A program made the translations under genes and the position numbers. Below the pieces are notes generated by a model. That model was not told where the DNA came from. It did no database searches and saw nothing but the letters and a program-made list of their open reading frames with translations. From NCBI GenBank assembly GCA_002633005.1, contig NMRA01000364.1, positions 305,075-369,074 of the forward strand: a stretch of DNA of 64,000 nucleotides, in the 5' to 3' direction. Shown here in pieces: positions 38,607-54,000 of the stretch (position 1 is its first letter; the number at the start of each line of letters is the position of its first letter). The DNA is from Phoronis australis (Eukaryota > Animalia > Phoronida).

Positions 38607-40000
38607 GTGAGAATGCATGTGCAGTTCCAGGGCACATTACTAGTGCGACTTGTTATGTCAGATACACAAATATTTCTGTAACAAATCTTCCTTTGTTTTA
38701 ATTTTGCATTTGTCAAGAAATTGATAATACAAGTTCTTTAATGGGGCGAGTTAACCCCAAATGTTTTCCACGGTTTAACTATGCGTGCAGGGGTGCTCAT
38801 ACACCCGAGTCGTGTTTTGGCTTGTTAAACCGTCTCGAACTTACTTCATCGTAGTTTGACCTCGCAGATTTTAGTGTCAGTGAAAGAGCACGATCTTCCT
38901 TCATATGGGTTGCAATTTGATTACATTCAAAAGCTTCGAGCGATTCCAAGCATATTCAAACATTACTCTCAGGGCCTCTTTCAGTATTCGTAACTCAATC
39001 AAGTAATCACGCTTGAGCGATTTTAAACCCACTGAACAGCAAGTGGGCCTAAGTTTAGTGTCACCGTTACCTGGTGCTGAAACCGTCAACCACGTATCAA
39101 ATTACCACTAGCAAAAAAATTGTCGATCCATCAAACCATTTCTGAAATTGACAAAGCCCTTTTTCGCTTCACTCAGATCACAGAACATGCATCAATTAGT
39201 GAAATAGGCTGCGTAGTTTTGCATAGTTTTTGCCAGCAGCACTGTCAGCATCAAAAGCTCTCTACCGAACCATGTCCCACTTAAGCTCACACATAAAAAG
39301 AGTATGTAACCTTTAAAATGCTCACATTACAGCAAATGCACCCTTTTATTATAGCTAATTTCTTCACGACAAACATATTGCGACAAGATCAAAGCAGAGT
39401 GCGTACAAGTTAATTTTAAATTTTTAAACGATGCGTTCCGTGTTAAAATACAGTGGCAATCTAGTTTTCAATTGTGCAAACATTCCCCGAATTTAGGAAC
39501 TGAAAATCGATCAATGTTGGAAAAATTGGCAAAATCAAAAAATTGAACACCAGTCTGAATAATTGAAAATTAAGAACTGTTAATTAAATGAGTTAAAAAT
39601 GAGGCCAATGCTTTCAGAAGGAATACCTTTCAGCCATTTAAAAACTCTGACAGTTCAGGTTTTTCAAACAAGTCTGCCAGATCGAAACTGAAGAGTTTTT
39701 ATGATAGATCATTCACGATATCTGCCTGTGCTCACGTCCAGGCCGTTCCAACTGAGAAAGGAAAAGTAGAGGGTGAATATGGATGCCAATCGGAAAGAAT
39801 ACAGTATCACGCACTGGCTCATTCCACCTCTCGTGCTTTTGTCCACATTCCCAAACATTTGTGCTCATGTTTAAGAGTTCAGATTTAAAAGGGATGATAT
39901 GTAAAATCTCAACATGCATGTCCTGTTACGCCCCGAACAGCCAGGCGTAACAATGCCGCAGAGAAGGGTTGAAGCGACATCTGGCAGCAACTGCACTCAC

Positions 40001-40112
40001 CGGTATGAAAGTAGGTAGTTGCGTGTCGCGATTCTGCATCGCCGAGGCTTGCATGCTTCGCCGATGATGTCGAAGGTGACGCTTGTTGCGATATATTGTC
40101 GAATAGCCATCC
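40001..40112 (-). CDS. Axin: Axin exon: DGYSTIYRNKRHLRHHRRSMQASAMQNRDTQLPTFIP
   Basis: tttttcag acceptor, CCG|gtgagt donor; 112 nt, phase 2-0; equivalent to vertebrate 'DGIPPY...HRREMQES...LPHIP'. Confidence 0.92.
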
Positions 40113-41597
40113 CTGAAAAATAGATATGAAGTCCTTACACACGAATCATATCACCACAGAGAGTGCAGGCGTTTGAGTATTTTCCCTGTTCAGACCACTC
40201 CAGTTTGCAACTTTTTTCATTGGAATCAAAGAAAACTGTGGACTGACTGACACAGATTTCAGTAGAACACTAAGATGAACACCTAGGCCTTTGCTCCTAG
40301 AGGAACTTTAAAGGGGATTTCCAGCACGAAATGGAATTACCCATACACCTAAAAATAACACGCGACATTTTGAAACAGACCGACGCAAACAATGAGAAAA
40401 AAGTTTGCACACGAGGTATCACGACACTAACCCTGTGGCCATCAAGGAACTCGGCTTCTGCAACACAATATGCTAACACGCATGAAGTATCACCCACTAC
40501 TGGACAAACAAAATTTACCAGTGGTCAGTGGAATCAATAGCCCACAGGGGCACTCTTTTATTGACCTTTACATGGCATGCCAAAGGCACTCAAAGGGAGT
40601 CTCTTCTTCACCAGAAGTAACACAATGATAGAAATATTGACTGGTTGTTGTTTGCCTCTGAAGATCAAAAGGAACGCGGCAATTAGGAGTAATAGCATTA
40701 AATTAGATAGCACAAAAGCGGGTTTGACAATAAAGGGGTTTCTCTGGCGACGCATGAAAAATGTACACAACACATCCTCTGTCTGGAAACCATGTCTTTG
40801 AAGTGAACACAAAAAAAAAGACTTTCCGTTACATGATTCTGTTTTCGCAGGGATTCCATTGTTTTCTAATTAAAACGCGTTTTTTTTTCATCACACAATA
40901 ACACCGCAGGCTATGCAATAAAAATAAGACGGCATCGCTAATGTAACCCTGTCGCCGTTCTGTGCGCGCTGGCAAAGAATAGAAATTGTATTCGAATGAA
41001 AAACTGAATTTAATGGCAATCTAAGAGAACAGAAACTTTGGAAACAATGACATGAAAAAGAATGCTCACGAGTCATCGCAGCGCGAGACTTGTTTTAATT
41101 ACCATCCAGCTAGTGTTCCGATAATACCAACTAATCAATACCATTGGCGACTGTCTACAGTCTCCCTTTAGTAGACTTTAATTAAAAAGCAATGACACCA
41201 TCGTTGTGCAGATTGAGCTGAATTATCATTTGCAGATTTCCGATCGACAATAGGTAAAATCATTTAAGAAGCAAACATCAAAAACACATCAACGTCACCA
41301 AATTCATAATGATTCATGAAGCAGCATTGCTCTTTATCGTACCTCTTGGGTTTAAAGTGACTTAAGATTTATTTCTGCAGAAAAGTCGGCCAAGAAATCA
41401 GTTATTTAAGGTGTGACCTGAAATCCCAATCAACAACATACAACTGTGTTAATTTCTTGTATCAAATCTCCTCGGACTGAGGGCCAACCAATTGACTGAA
41501 TTTCTACACCATAACACCTTGACAATGATAACATCCATCCCCCAACAATGTGTAATGCTGCTCAGTGCATAGACACGCTTTCACACTTTGCCGGTTT

Positions 41598-44111
41598 CTT
41601 TGATTTGCCTAGTGACACTTTGCACTGCGTTTCATCTCGGCCACCCAGCCATGACTACAAATGCCCGACCAGATCAAAGGACATTCTTGTGCATTCATGA
41701 GTCAGAAAAAAGATGTTTCTCAGAAGTATCGATGGTTTTCAGAAGTAACAAGATGAAACGTAAAACTTCAGAGAATCCACATAATGCCACCTATTCCCAA
41801 GTCAAACCCTCTCAGATCCAATTTTCATATGAGCTACAAAAGAAATATTTAAGGCAATTGCTTGGTAATAACAGCAGTCATCATTAAACCATCCACGTAA
41901 TTAACTGTGACAGACTTACAAGTCAAGAATTTTGACACAATTTAAATAGCCTTGTTATTGTTACGGACTATCACGAGGACATGGTGAATAGGATTAATTG
42001 GATGACCGAGATCATTTGACTTCTTGTCACAAAGGGTAAATAATTTCTGTGGCAAGATCAAAGGCATGGATGCCATGTGGTAATTAAACACTTGCAGAAA
42101 CTGTAACAGGTGACGGAATATGGAAACCGGGTCAACAATAGTTTTTGTGCTGACGACGTAAGCGAATCACCAACAACGGCTGTCCGAATTCGGGCTTTGA
42201 TTATATCTATTACATCATTAAGGGAAATTGCCTCTCATTGGGCGAATTTGCTAGGATCAAAGAGAACAGGTTTAATACTTCAGATCAGAGCAAAAAGACA
42301 TTAACACAGTTTTGTTGCACGAGGCATGCTCGGTATAATTTCCCAGTAGGGTCGACCCATTTCTGCAGCTTACCGCATTCAGAGAGGCTGAGCAGCTTGC
42401 CACCAGGCACAGGTGCTACTTTTCATGTGATTTGTACAATGGAAAAACTTGCCAGTGACTCATCAATGGCAGGGTCTAGAAACGTGACATTCAACCACTA
42501 CAATGCATCCACATTCAGAATGGACATTTCTCAGTTTCAACGAGTCCTTTCAATATTCTTATCCCTGAGAGTACCCCGCCACACACGCACACACATAGAC
42601 ACAGACACACACACACTCGCACGCATACACTAGGCCGACCAGTCGTATGCATTAGGCTGACAATGCAGATCCAACCGTGTTACGCCTCGGGGGCTTTGGC
42701 GGCCGAGATCAAAGGAGGCATGATCAAAAGAATCAGTGGCACGAAGCAAACACAGGAGCAATTAGAATAACAATTCAAGACGTGCTATTCACCAGACTGT
42801 GAACCCACAGTTCAGTTGTAGTCGTCTGTACTGGCACACGTACATGGCACGCAAACACGCGAGCTGCCATGAACGCAACCACACGCAGGGGTTAGCTATT
42901 ATTTCTTGAGTTTATACTCAATCAAGAGAATGGGTACATGCAGGTCTTCGTTTGTAAAGCCAGCCTAATACACACCTGCAGCAGGTAATTATGGTTCACA
43001 CATACAACCCTGCACACAGATAGTGTGGCCTCGTAAACTGCAGGCTGTCATTAACCGATTTAAAGGCAGTTAAGAAAATTGAGTGGAACCACTTGTAAGA
43101 CACATCAAACATAAAAAGATAGTAGACATCTAGATATTCAAAACACAATTACCAACAATCAAACGAAGGAATGCCATCTGTCATTGGAAATGGTGTAAAA
43201 ACTGACTCCTTCGATTGTGACAATTGACAATTTCCACGTTTTTGAATATTTGTAGAAAAAACAGACAACGAAAATCAAGAACTCTCTGAATGCTCAGGTC
43301 TGTACTTAGGTGATCCAGAACAGTCTATGTTCTGACACGCAACATTTCACAAACTGAACCGTCAGAAAATGACTAGAGGGTCACGTGATACATTCTCTTT
43401 GGCAAAAAATGGCTGCAACCCAGGAGGTAAGCTGTCTGACAATTCACAGACCGTGACCAAGCCAACCTATTCTCAAAGGGGTCTCACAGGTCGTTAAACT
43501 CGTATCAAATGCCCACGATCAAAGACAACCTGCCAGCCACCGCCAGAACGCATGGACTGACTCCCAAATGTTGTATAACTGGTGTTTCTTTCATCACCAT
43601 ATGCCCACGACTTACAGCAAGTATTTACAATCGAGGTAGGCCAAAAGTAAGAATAACTGAACACAAGACCTGGGTAGAGTTCAGTAATGCATGGACCTTG
43701 CTAAAAAGCAAGACTTCGCGAGATTACGCGAGATATTGCCCTGTATATTAAATGAGAACACTTGATTTTGCTTGGTTTCAGCAAGGTCATAGCGTAGGTC
43801 GTAGCGTTACTGAACTCTACCTAGATTCTAACCCAAAAGGAATTCATCAAAGAAGACAACAGATAAATGGGAAAATCCCCAATTCCCGGTGGCACATGTG
43901 AGAGTTGAGATTTTTTCAGCCAGCTTAAGCAGCCCATCAAGGCTAACCACAGGCTTCTAATGACAAAGAGGATGACTTTCACAGCAAGCACAGTGAATTT
44001 TTGTTTCAGAAAATTAATCCTTTACCAAGCCCTTTGAACTTAAACCTTTATTGTTCTATTAAGGAAAATGCAGCAGTGTTCACTTTGATCTCGTCATCAA
44101 CATCCTTTGAA
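41598..44111. promoter_or_regulatory. TCF/LEF site cluster (candidate Wnt-responsive enhancer) in Axin intron 3
   Basis: Nine ATCAAAG/CTTTGAT sites plus two CCTTTGAA; Helper motif TGGCGGC next to one site. Confidence 0.7.
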
Positions 44112-44917
44112 AACGACAGCCAATAGACGCCTGATTAACCAAACATAATACCACAGCATGGTGATTAAGACTTAAAACTGTTTAACAATATACTGAAGGC
44201 TGAAGAAGTGAAAAACTACCAGCTGTTACAAACAACCATGGTCACAGTCAACTGTGGGCAATCATGTGTCTAGTAAAGGCTAACAACACCAACGCTAGGG
44301 GAGACCTCTATTGACGATCAATGAAGTACTACTAAAGCAACCAATATGGCAGCCATGTTTCTGTGATCCGTACATTCATAACAGAGCAGTGACAGACTCA
44401 TGATGTGTTAAGGAAGAAAAGTTTGCTAGTTAAAAAAAAAACTAAATACACCTTTTGGCACAGTAAGTCGATGGAAATGTCAGCATGATGCCTGGGTGTA
44501 GAATTTACATTCAATCAAAACTTTGGAGGACCATGACGAGAACTTTCATGTGTGATTACCGACTTTAATAATACTTTCCAACACAAACAAACGCTAAGCC
44601 AGGAGCCCCTTACACGTAAAGTGACTTAAATCTACGAAAAAAATTTGGTCTTACGTTCCCGCTTACGAATTATTGAATAAAATGTTGAGCCCCGAAATCA
44701 TTAGCACAAAACAGAATAGAAAAAATTATAGAAACTATCTAAGTAACTAGCAGACATGGGCATAGTCTCAATTTCTCAGTGACTTGTATTTCGTTTAAAC
44801 GCAGGATTTAACTACTTTTCAAGAATAGTTGTGTAGAGCGTAAGATCTAATTTCCGATTTGAGTCATAAATCACTTTTCATGAAACAAATCTCTGAACAG
44901 GTAAGGATGGTACTCAC

Positions 44918-45064
44918 ACACTGGAGTCCGTTTGTGACATGGTGTCGTCCGTGAGGGCATCGCTAGAAAGGGATTGTAGCTCGCTGTCGACGGCAGAGAC
45001 GGGGGCATAGCTGGTATAGTACGGGTGTTGTACTCGCCCTGTGTTCTGACTGTGTAGATAGGCC
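44918..45064 (-). CDS. Axin: Axin exon: AYLHSQNTGRVQHPYYTSYAPVSAVDSELQSLSSDALTDDTMSQTDSSV
   Basis: tttacag acceptor, GT|gtgagt donor; 147 nt; conserved SAxDSE.QSLSSDA..D.MS.TDSSV block. Confidence 0.96.
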
Positions 45065-48000
45065 CTGTAAAGATGACGAAGAGTTCAGTTGAATATCCAA
45101 TATCAACAGCGCAAGTCAAACCATACCGTGGGTAATGTTCATACAAGATTGCATAACAAATTTTGATGATAACAACACCTGCGCTAATCATAATACAGAA
45201 GTGAACACGCAGGTACGATGCATTCTATTCTTACTGACCAGTCAAAAATAAGTAGCAGTAAAGAAATATCAAGGGCACAATGTAGAGACAGAGTGGCAGT
45301 TGTAGCCAGGTACGCAAACAAGTTAAAATGACATCAGAAACCAGTCATGTAAAACAAGTTAACAAACTGGCATTAGCAACTGGTTCTGGTTCTGAAACCA
45401 GACAACTAATGCAGTCAAGTGAACAATATGAACTACAAGAAGACAAATTTAGTCGACTCAGTTTTCACAATCTATTTATTGAACGCAACATCAGTGGGTC
45501 CAGAATGGCCACAATCAAAGTAAGACGATGTGAGCCAAACTTGGGACATTGTTCTAGTGTGTTATTAAACCATAACTGTTAACATTAATTGGCTGCACAA
45601 ATTTAAAGATGATGGAAAAGAGAGCATGAAAATTCACCCAGGTTGCTAAGCCAAAGGCTGAATTAAGTTAGAGAGCAACACCCCTTACAACAGACTATAG
45701 TAAACCCTGATCATACCATTCACCCCTGGAATTCCACTGATCCATTAATTACCAGGGTTCAAGAAAGTTCCACCAGAGTGCACCACATGCAGAGAACAAT
45801 TAACTTACACAACCTCACTGATTGAACTAAGATGTTAGTCTCAGATGTGCCAAGAATGATAACACTGACAAACTGACACAGTGAACAACGTTTTAAATGA
45901 TGAAGCAAATTACTTATAAATTCAGATGAGATAGACGCAGAGTAATGGCGGAATCATAATTTTACACTTAGGTGGAATTGCTGTATATTAAGATCATCAA
46001 CAAGGACAACATCGCTGTGTACGAGTTCGAGAAGCTATCACACAACTGTACACAGGCCTGTACATGAAAACATGAGTATAGTAAATTTTTTCAATTTTAA
46101 ACAAACACACCCTAAAAACTTTTCTTTTTTTAACCTTGCCAATAATCAAAACCGATGGAATTGGTGGTGACAGGGGGAGTATTTTCCCTTCAACCAAAAA
46201 TTCCCCTCAGAAGGCACAGGCCCCTAAAGCGAGTGGGAGGTCCCTTTCCTTTACGCTACACGGAAATCAATTGCAAATATCATTGCTATTTCTCTACTGT
46301 CAAAGGCGGACTACCTAATTTTTACATCCACACCTCGACAAAATTAAAGCAGAATATATTAGGATATATCAGTATTTTGTTTGTGCTGAAATGACGACAA
46401 AAACAAATTCATTGTTTCTGCCACTTTAACTAGTGCTGAAACTCTTACATATCGGGCTAGTGCTCTATATAATATAAATTTCAAATTCCACTGAAATTAC
46501 AATTCATGTATTATATCATCCAAGGTCCATTTCCATCCTGTGAGGAGTTGGTGTGTTAAATAAATGCATTGGACTGGTACCAAAAGCCAAAAATGTCAAA
46601 ATTTGCTTAAGAAACGACTAGTCTCTCAATACTTAAAACTTCTTGCACCAGGTTTTCAAACTGGACACAAGTAAGTCAAACTGCACATCATGCCAGGTCA
46701 TGGCAAAATTAAAACTCAGATGGAGCGACGACTGACGAGTCAAAACAGGTTGTCAAGAACACTACAACTGTTCTCCCAAAGCCTGAAGTTAAGTAGACAA
46801 TAGAAACTGGTAACAGCACGCCATTCGACCATTTATTGTTGTGGTCAGACTTCCTCAATGAGGCTCTGACACAATTAAAAGGAGACATTGGGGCGACAGT
46901 CAGACGGACAGAGAGTATCAAACTTGACGGATAATCGCCAGATCGCTTGTACAAGATATGGATTTTTTGTTCTTGGGATTAAGCCAGGAGTATCGTGAGG
47001 GATTACCGGAAATTGGACAACAGGGCAGTGAAAATAGAAAATCATGCATGTAGTTATTTATCAACACAGCAAAACTGCTGATGGCGTCCAAACAATGTAA
47101 CGTTGTTAACTTCACGAGTCTAAAGACATCAAATCAGGTTGGCAAAGATGCTCCAACTACTAAGGACAGTTTTGGCGAGATCTACGACTATTTGCACTCA
47201 AATGAACAATGAAAAAAAATGTAATCTAAAAATCAATTGTGAGCAATACAAGGTGGTGACTGTTGTTCAGCTCTGGATGAAAGAACACGACTATGAAATA
47301 AGTCTCCCGTAATCCAGTTGAGAGTCTTCACATTTAAAACAATTTTGACACGAGACCCAGATTTTCTGCGGTAACAAGAAAAGCAAGACAATTCGCAGAA
47401 TTTGAAGTTTTTAACAGAATTCAAATATTTCACTAGTAGATACAACAACTCTAGTTTTAATTGTACAATCCACTATTTGTTACCCAAGAACGATTCTAGC
47501 CACAATTCGACCGACGATTGTTTTGCTGAGGACACATTCAAGCAGTCGTTCAACCTGTCTTGACTGTAACACTGATCTCATTTCCAGCTTTAAGAAATAA
47601 TAAATATGCCGTACGACACATTATTGGTAATACAAAGCTGTGACATCAGAGTGAGGCAAGTCCCGAAACATTTCAGTGTTCACCCTCGAGAAAGATTCTG
47701 TGACATTTCACATTTTGCATTATTGTCCCAAAAATTCCAACACCTGTGCGATACAAAGTCGACGGCAAGTTACGTGTCTGTACTTGCCCTTTCTCGCGTT
47801 ATTTTAACAAGAACCGACTTTGGTCCTGGTTCAAACGAATAGCAGGTAAAATTCTTAGTACACTGTTATGGTTCTTTTACAGTGCCCTCATGTGGCCCTG
47901 CAGTGAATGACTGCAAGCAATGTAAATGGCACAATCAATAAGCACAACCACACGATTTCGTGAATGAAATTTTTGCAAAATGCATTAACCAGTTGACCTA

Positions 48001-51000
48001 GTTCTTTGAAAATATGGTGTCTACTAATCAGAGCAAAGAGGTGCCGGAACATGAAAAAACAGAGACAGGGAAAAATGGACACGGCTTTCCTTCTCGGATA
48101 ATGCAAAAACTGGGCTGAGAAATTCCGATTGTGGAATGAGATGGTTCATCAACGTTTATCCATCAACTTAAATGGTCCCCTGTGGAAGAGTTTGATATGT
48201 GCAGTTTGAATTTTCAAGGTAGAAACCGTATTCTGTCCTAACTGAGTGTGACAATAGAAGCTTGCGATTAGTTTATTGCTCATGAACTCTATTCATTTAA
48301 CTGTGCATTATCACTGCGCATTATCACAGTAATATTTTCTAGACCACCATGATTCATTAGTGTCTCCCCCATGTGACAACCATGTCTCGTATCTCAATTC
48401 TGATGAGACACTGTCTCCTTTCTGTGATTTCCCACAGCAATCACTGGAAAGTCTTAATTTACAAAATGGAAACAAACGAAATTCTGTTTGCTTAAACGAT
48501 TACTCAATTTTTTGAAAATGGAAGATCATTGTCTCTTCACTGCCTACACACAAAATCTGAAATAATTTTAGAAAACGCAGCAAAAGAAAAGTTTCATGAG
48601 CTAAACCGTTATTACGCAGTGGAAGTAAACCATTGAAACCTGCTCAAATACATGTGGATCAAGCTTGTTCATCGAATGATTCAAGCGAAAAAACCCAACA
48701 ATTTCCTGCAGTAAAACTTAATGACCTGGCTGTAGCTCACAAGGCACTTATCATGAATTTGGTGTTCTGTACACAGCCACAGCTCTGCTAGCAGACAGGG
48801 CAATAAAAGAAGTTTGCTGGAGATAGCACCATAAATTGTGGTCAGCTGGAAAAGACCCATGAGAACCATTCAGCCTGGAGTCTGAGCCTATAAATTTACA
48901 GCCTTTCCACTGCAATGTTTTACATAACATCCCACTCTGGGAGATATCCGTCTTTGTGGGAATGAGCCAAGTGAAATAGGGCTTTGCTGGGACAAATTAC
49001 AGAGGACCCCACTGACTTGTGAAACATGCTTGTATGTGTGTGCAATTTCTGGCCAGCCAATCAGGTCAGAGGACCAGCCAATTTCAGTCAAACATGAGCT
49101 GTGGTGTTGCTAGTTAACGTCCCTCATTACACACATCCCCTGTACAGTGTTGGCTCAATGTAGGTCAGCCTGCAACAGGCCAGTGGTTAACAGTTTTCTA
49201 AAGCTGGCTGAAGAGTTGATGATGTTATTAGCCACAGCAGTACCAGGCTTACAGAGCCAGCCCCAAGCCAGCTTATCAGGTATCTCAAGAGGTCACAATG
49301 ATACTGCCCAATAATTTCATGAAGGAGTGCAGATAGCAGTGGCTATGGCCTCTCCAATATCAATAAGACAACTGAGGAAATTGGCTTACAGGCGGAGCAC
49401 ACCTGCAGAGGACCAAGGGGCAGCGGAAATAGTATATTGGGGCTTCTTCTCTAAATCCCAAGTAAAGCCTCAGTGGTCAATCCAGACAGTCAATGAAAGG
49501 ATCTTTCAAAAGATTAAACACATAGTTACCACAGGAACAACTGCCAATCAGAAAAGTCTAATTTCTTTGGAAAAAAATGAATAATTTGGGACGAAAATAA
49601 TCGCCAGATATGCCCTTTCTTCAGTTTTTAATAAACTAAGGCTGCAAGCCATAAATGACCAAATTATACGGAAAACCATGGAAGCTATGGTACAAAACGT
49701 AAAAAATGGTAAGGCATTACTTTCATGTTACTTATTGTTTAAAAAAATAAGAAAATAAAATTTTCACTGGCCAGCCACATTGTGCACTATATTGGTGAAG
49801 AATTAACAAACTACCAAACAGTAGCAATTTAAACAAGTGCGTGAATATTTGAATGGCCTTGGCCTACTATGGAGTAGATGAAGTAACATAAATTTCAATA
49901 TGGTGTCCTACTAAACTGAACTGTAATCCAATTTCTAATTGCTACAAAAACAGATTAAAACAGATTAGCAAATAACCTAAGTCTCTAGAGAAAGCATGTG
50001 GAACTTGGATAGGCCAATAAGAAAGAGACAGTGGGAGGGAATCTGTCATTCATTATCCATTGATCAACGTCATAATGTTATATGTCTTTCCAGGGATGGC
50101 AGGGGTATTAAGGCATAACTTAAAGCCAAGAGAGACGCTGTAGCCCCAATACAATAACACAAGCTGCGTTTTTTCATTCAGACTGGCTGTCTACAACGAT
50201 TGATTACGTATACTGGCTATATTGTGTTCTAGTTAATAGATCAGTAATGAGATCCTGAAAACAGAGTACCCGTGTGACCTCGAGCCGTCACCGAGGTTCG
50301 ATTGGAAGCCATCAAAAGTGACCACACAGCTAATTCACAGCAAAAGTATGAGCAGCCACCACCCATGAGGAGAAAGTACAAAACAAGAAAAGAGCGGCTG
50401 TGGTCGGGATACCTAGGGGGCAGATTGAAATCACAAGTAAATGTCCTGAATAAAGTGTTCCCCATTATTAGTTGTCATCCAACTGCACAACAGCAAAACC
50501 ACATTGGGAAGGGAAACAACCCTTTTGGTGTAACACTTAGTTAAAATAAATATTCTTGGTTATGTTGGACATATATTTTTTCCTGTTAAAGATGGCAAAA
50601 AATGAAAAATGAATTAGACCATTTACTGCCATAAAATCAGCCTCATATTCCTTACCGTAATTGGATTCTTTTCAATTTAACGACATTCAGTCGTTTTGTA
50701 GAGGTTTCAATCCATGTTGGCAATGGAAATAGAATTTGATCATGACAAGGGATGTTATGGCATTGATTTTAGGGGAACAAAAGGCCCAATTAGATTTTCC
50801 ATGTTAGTCAGGAGAAACGCAGTTTCACTGGTGCCTTGGCGTGTATTTACAATCCATGAAACAAAAGAGATGAAGTCCCAGCAAAAGGCCGATAGCATCT
50901 TGGTTTTTCATTCACTTCCATTAATACAACTCATGACTGATAAAGGCTGCTTTCAATGTCGAATAGGACACCAAGATGGGGTCCTTTGATGGGACGTTCA

Positions 51001-54000
51001 CAGACACTTTCCATTGGTCCTTGGAAAGTAAGTACATGCTAGCAGAACAGCAAACAACACGGAACATGTATCTCCAATACGACTAGACATTTTGATTTTC
51101 ACCACGTGTAAAATAAAACAAAAGGCAGTGTTCCCATTTATGCGCGACAATTGGAATAACAATTCAACCACGATTTCATTGGAAATTGGCACTCCAGCGC
51201 AACTTTGAATTTATTAAAAGTCAATGAAAGTTACTTTGAAGTCACCTGCTTGATGATCAGTCAATAAAGAAAACATCCACACTAACTTGATCCATGTTAC
51301 TTTCCGATAGAGAAGATATCGACTAGGTACCAAAATTTGTATGTACTCAAACCCAATTTATTCATTTGCATAATGTACCGTGTAATCTGTGTTTTGCCAG
51401 TAAACATTTTGCTCTGGAAAAGCAAGAAGACGCTGCAAAAGTTTTCCAATACAGGGCATTGATCAGCGGCACACATAGAGTGTGCACCGCTCAGCCAAAA
51501 TATTGTGCTTTCTTTGCAACCTTCCAGCTTGACTGGGTTCAAATAAAGCTGATTATACCCCTTTGTACTGGGTCGAGGTTAGAACAAAGCCGTTCACACC
51601 TTAACCAAAACCAATATTGATAGCATTACTTACACAGTGGCTGAAATAACACACATTAAACGAGCCGAGAAATATATCACGGAGCTGACGATCGAATGAT
51701 AACTTTTTTGTCTTTGGTAGAAAACAATGAGAGAGCTCAACACAGTTTTGTACCTGGGATCTATAGAGAGGGAAAGAGAGAGAAACGTGAATAGAATGGA
51801 ATAGAATGAAAACAACAAATGGTCACAGGGGTTCAGAGTAGCCTTGTTTTGTGGGACCCATTAAAGAGACTACACTGTCCACTGGGCTGGCTCACAATGC
51901 ACCTTTCATGGACGAACAAAGCAGGCGGGGGTCAGAGTAAAGCATACAAAGCCGCTAGCTCTTGGGGCTAAAGAATAAACATATAGGTTTTGGAATTTGC
52001 ATTCACTCTGCACAACAAAAACGTGCTGTGGAATTTCAATTTACTCAAGACCACCACCACTACCAGCATCACCACTGGGTGACCTGTAAACTCTGCTAAC
52101 ACTAAACATCTTGGAAAACCTGGCATCAATAGATCACATGGATGGAATCTGAGAAGTGGCCTAACACACGCACACACTTGCACTGGCTCAAACAGCACCA
52201 CACAACACAACAATTGAGACACAAGTGCTGCCACTGCAGACAAAGGGGATTTTGACCAAGCTTGACCTCTTGGACATAAGAGAATACCTGAATTTCTCAA
52301 ACACGTACTATTGAAATATGCACAACACTACACAACAACCTGGACAAACACGCACCAATGCTAGACAACGGGCGACTGCTGATCAGGTGATGAGACAAAT
52401 TCTACACAATTCATTCGCAGTCCTTAAATACGAATGCAGGCCATTGAAAGGGCTTGTCTACATTTAGAAAAGCTACCGGTATATACCAAAACGCAAATTT
52501 AAGAATGACACCATTGGACTGATTCCCTGATGGTGAATAAAGAACACAAGATTGTTTAAAACTATCAAAAAGTGTCAAATTTTATCCAGAGAATTAACAA
52601 TACTAGATATACAACATAATTACTAGTTTATAAAGACAATCCCACCCCAGTTTCGAAATGAAGCGTGGCTCAAACTTTAACCGTTTGAGCACTTTTCGGT
52701 TCACCGCAGTTTAGAAGGGTACCCTGCCCACTTGGTGGCACAAAGCAGTTGGTAATAGCCTGCAGTATTGAAACACTTCCACATATAGACGAAAAACAAA
52801 CTCAGCCACTGTGAGCTGTGTTCACGAGTAAGTCTATGGATAATGGAGAAAATACCACCAACGAAAAATCTCTCACTGCGGGAGTCTAAAAGATGCCTGC
52901 ATTGACCTTTCCTCATGCATATTAGAGATTTGTTTTGACAACTAAGCAGAGCCCAATGGTTGGAGCACTAGAAATCATCATCCGCCATCCAGTCAAAGAG
53001 GAAAGCACTGTTGACTTAACCAGAATCACATGCGTGACTTGACCCCTACTCAAGAACAGGAGGCCTTCCAATAAAGATCAGTTGGCTACGACATAAAACA
53101 AAAATGCTTTGATCTCGAGAGCGGCAAGGATATCACTTACATGCTCGCCAAGTGATGCCTGCAGATAAAAAAGCTCAAAAAATAATCTGGCGACCAACTG
53201 AAGAAAATTGTTTTAGCAATTTGAGACTCGGGCAACTGTGGTTAGCTATTCTCAGGTCAGTATTATGATGGGAAAAACAAGAATGCGAAGTCTGTAGAAG
53301 CAAAATTTCACATTTTTAATCAACGAAAGGAGTTTACAATTAAATTCTAAGAAGGATAGACAAATGTTGATTGATACTCATCGGTACAAAACCAATCTAT
53401 GTGACAGACAGTGGTTCAAAAATTATTATTTGAGAAGTTCAATATAAAGTCACAAACGGTTTGCATTTGGACAAAAAAAAACTTGACAGAATGTCAACAA
53501 GTGAACTACCTCAAACAGACATAGTTTTCTATAGATATAAATGAATGGGGTTTTTTAGACCTACAATTCCAGTAAAAATTTAGAGCTAAAATTGTTAATA
53601 CAGATTACTAACTTTGCTGAAACTGCGTGAAATTTAACTAAGATGTCCCCAGTTTACAGCTGTATAGCCAAACTGTCCATTTTCCACTTTTCAATAGGTA
53701 ACTTTTTTGCAAAGTATGAGAACCTTAGCAAGTGTTTTACGACACCAACAACTTTAAACCATGCTTGTAACTGACTAACATATCCTTAATCTTTACTTTT
53801 ATGCAAAAATTCAACAAAATAAAATTTCACTTGTCGACCATATCGTGTGCTAAATAAGTGAAGAACTAGCATGTTCTCTCTGAATCCGTTTTGCTGCGAA
53901 ATTTGACCGCAAAAAATTCACTTGTCCTCCGGACTTCTCCATGCAACGCACTATGGAATTTTTACCATAAATCATGAATCATAACATCCATTGTTTAGAG

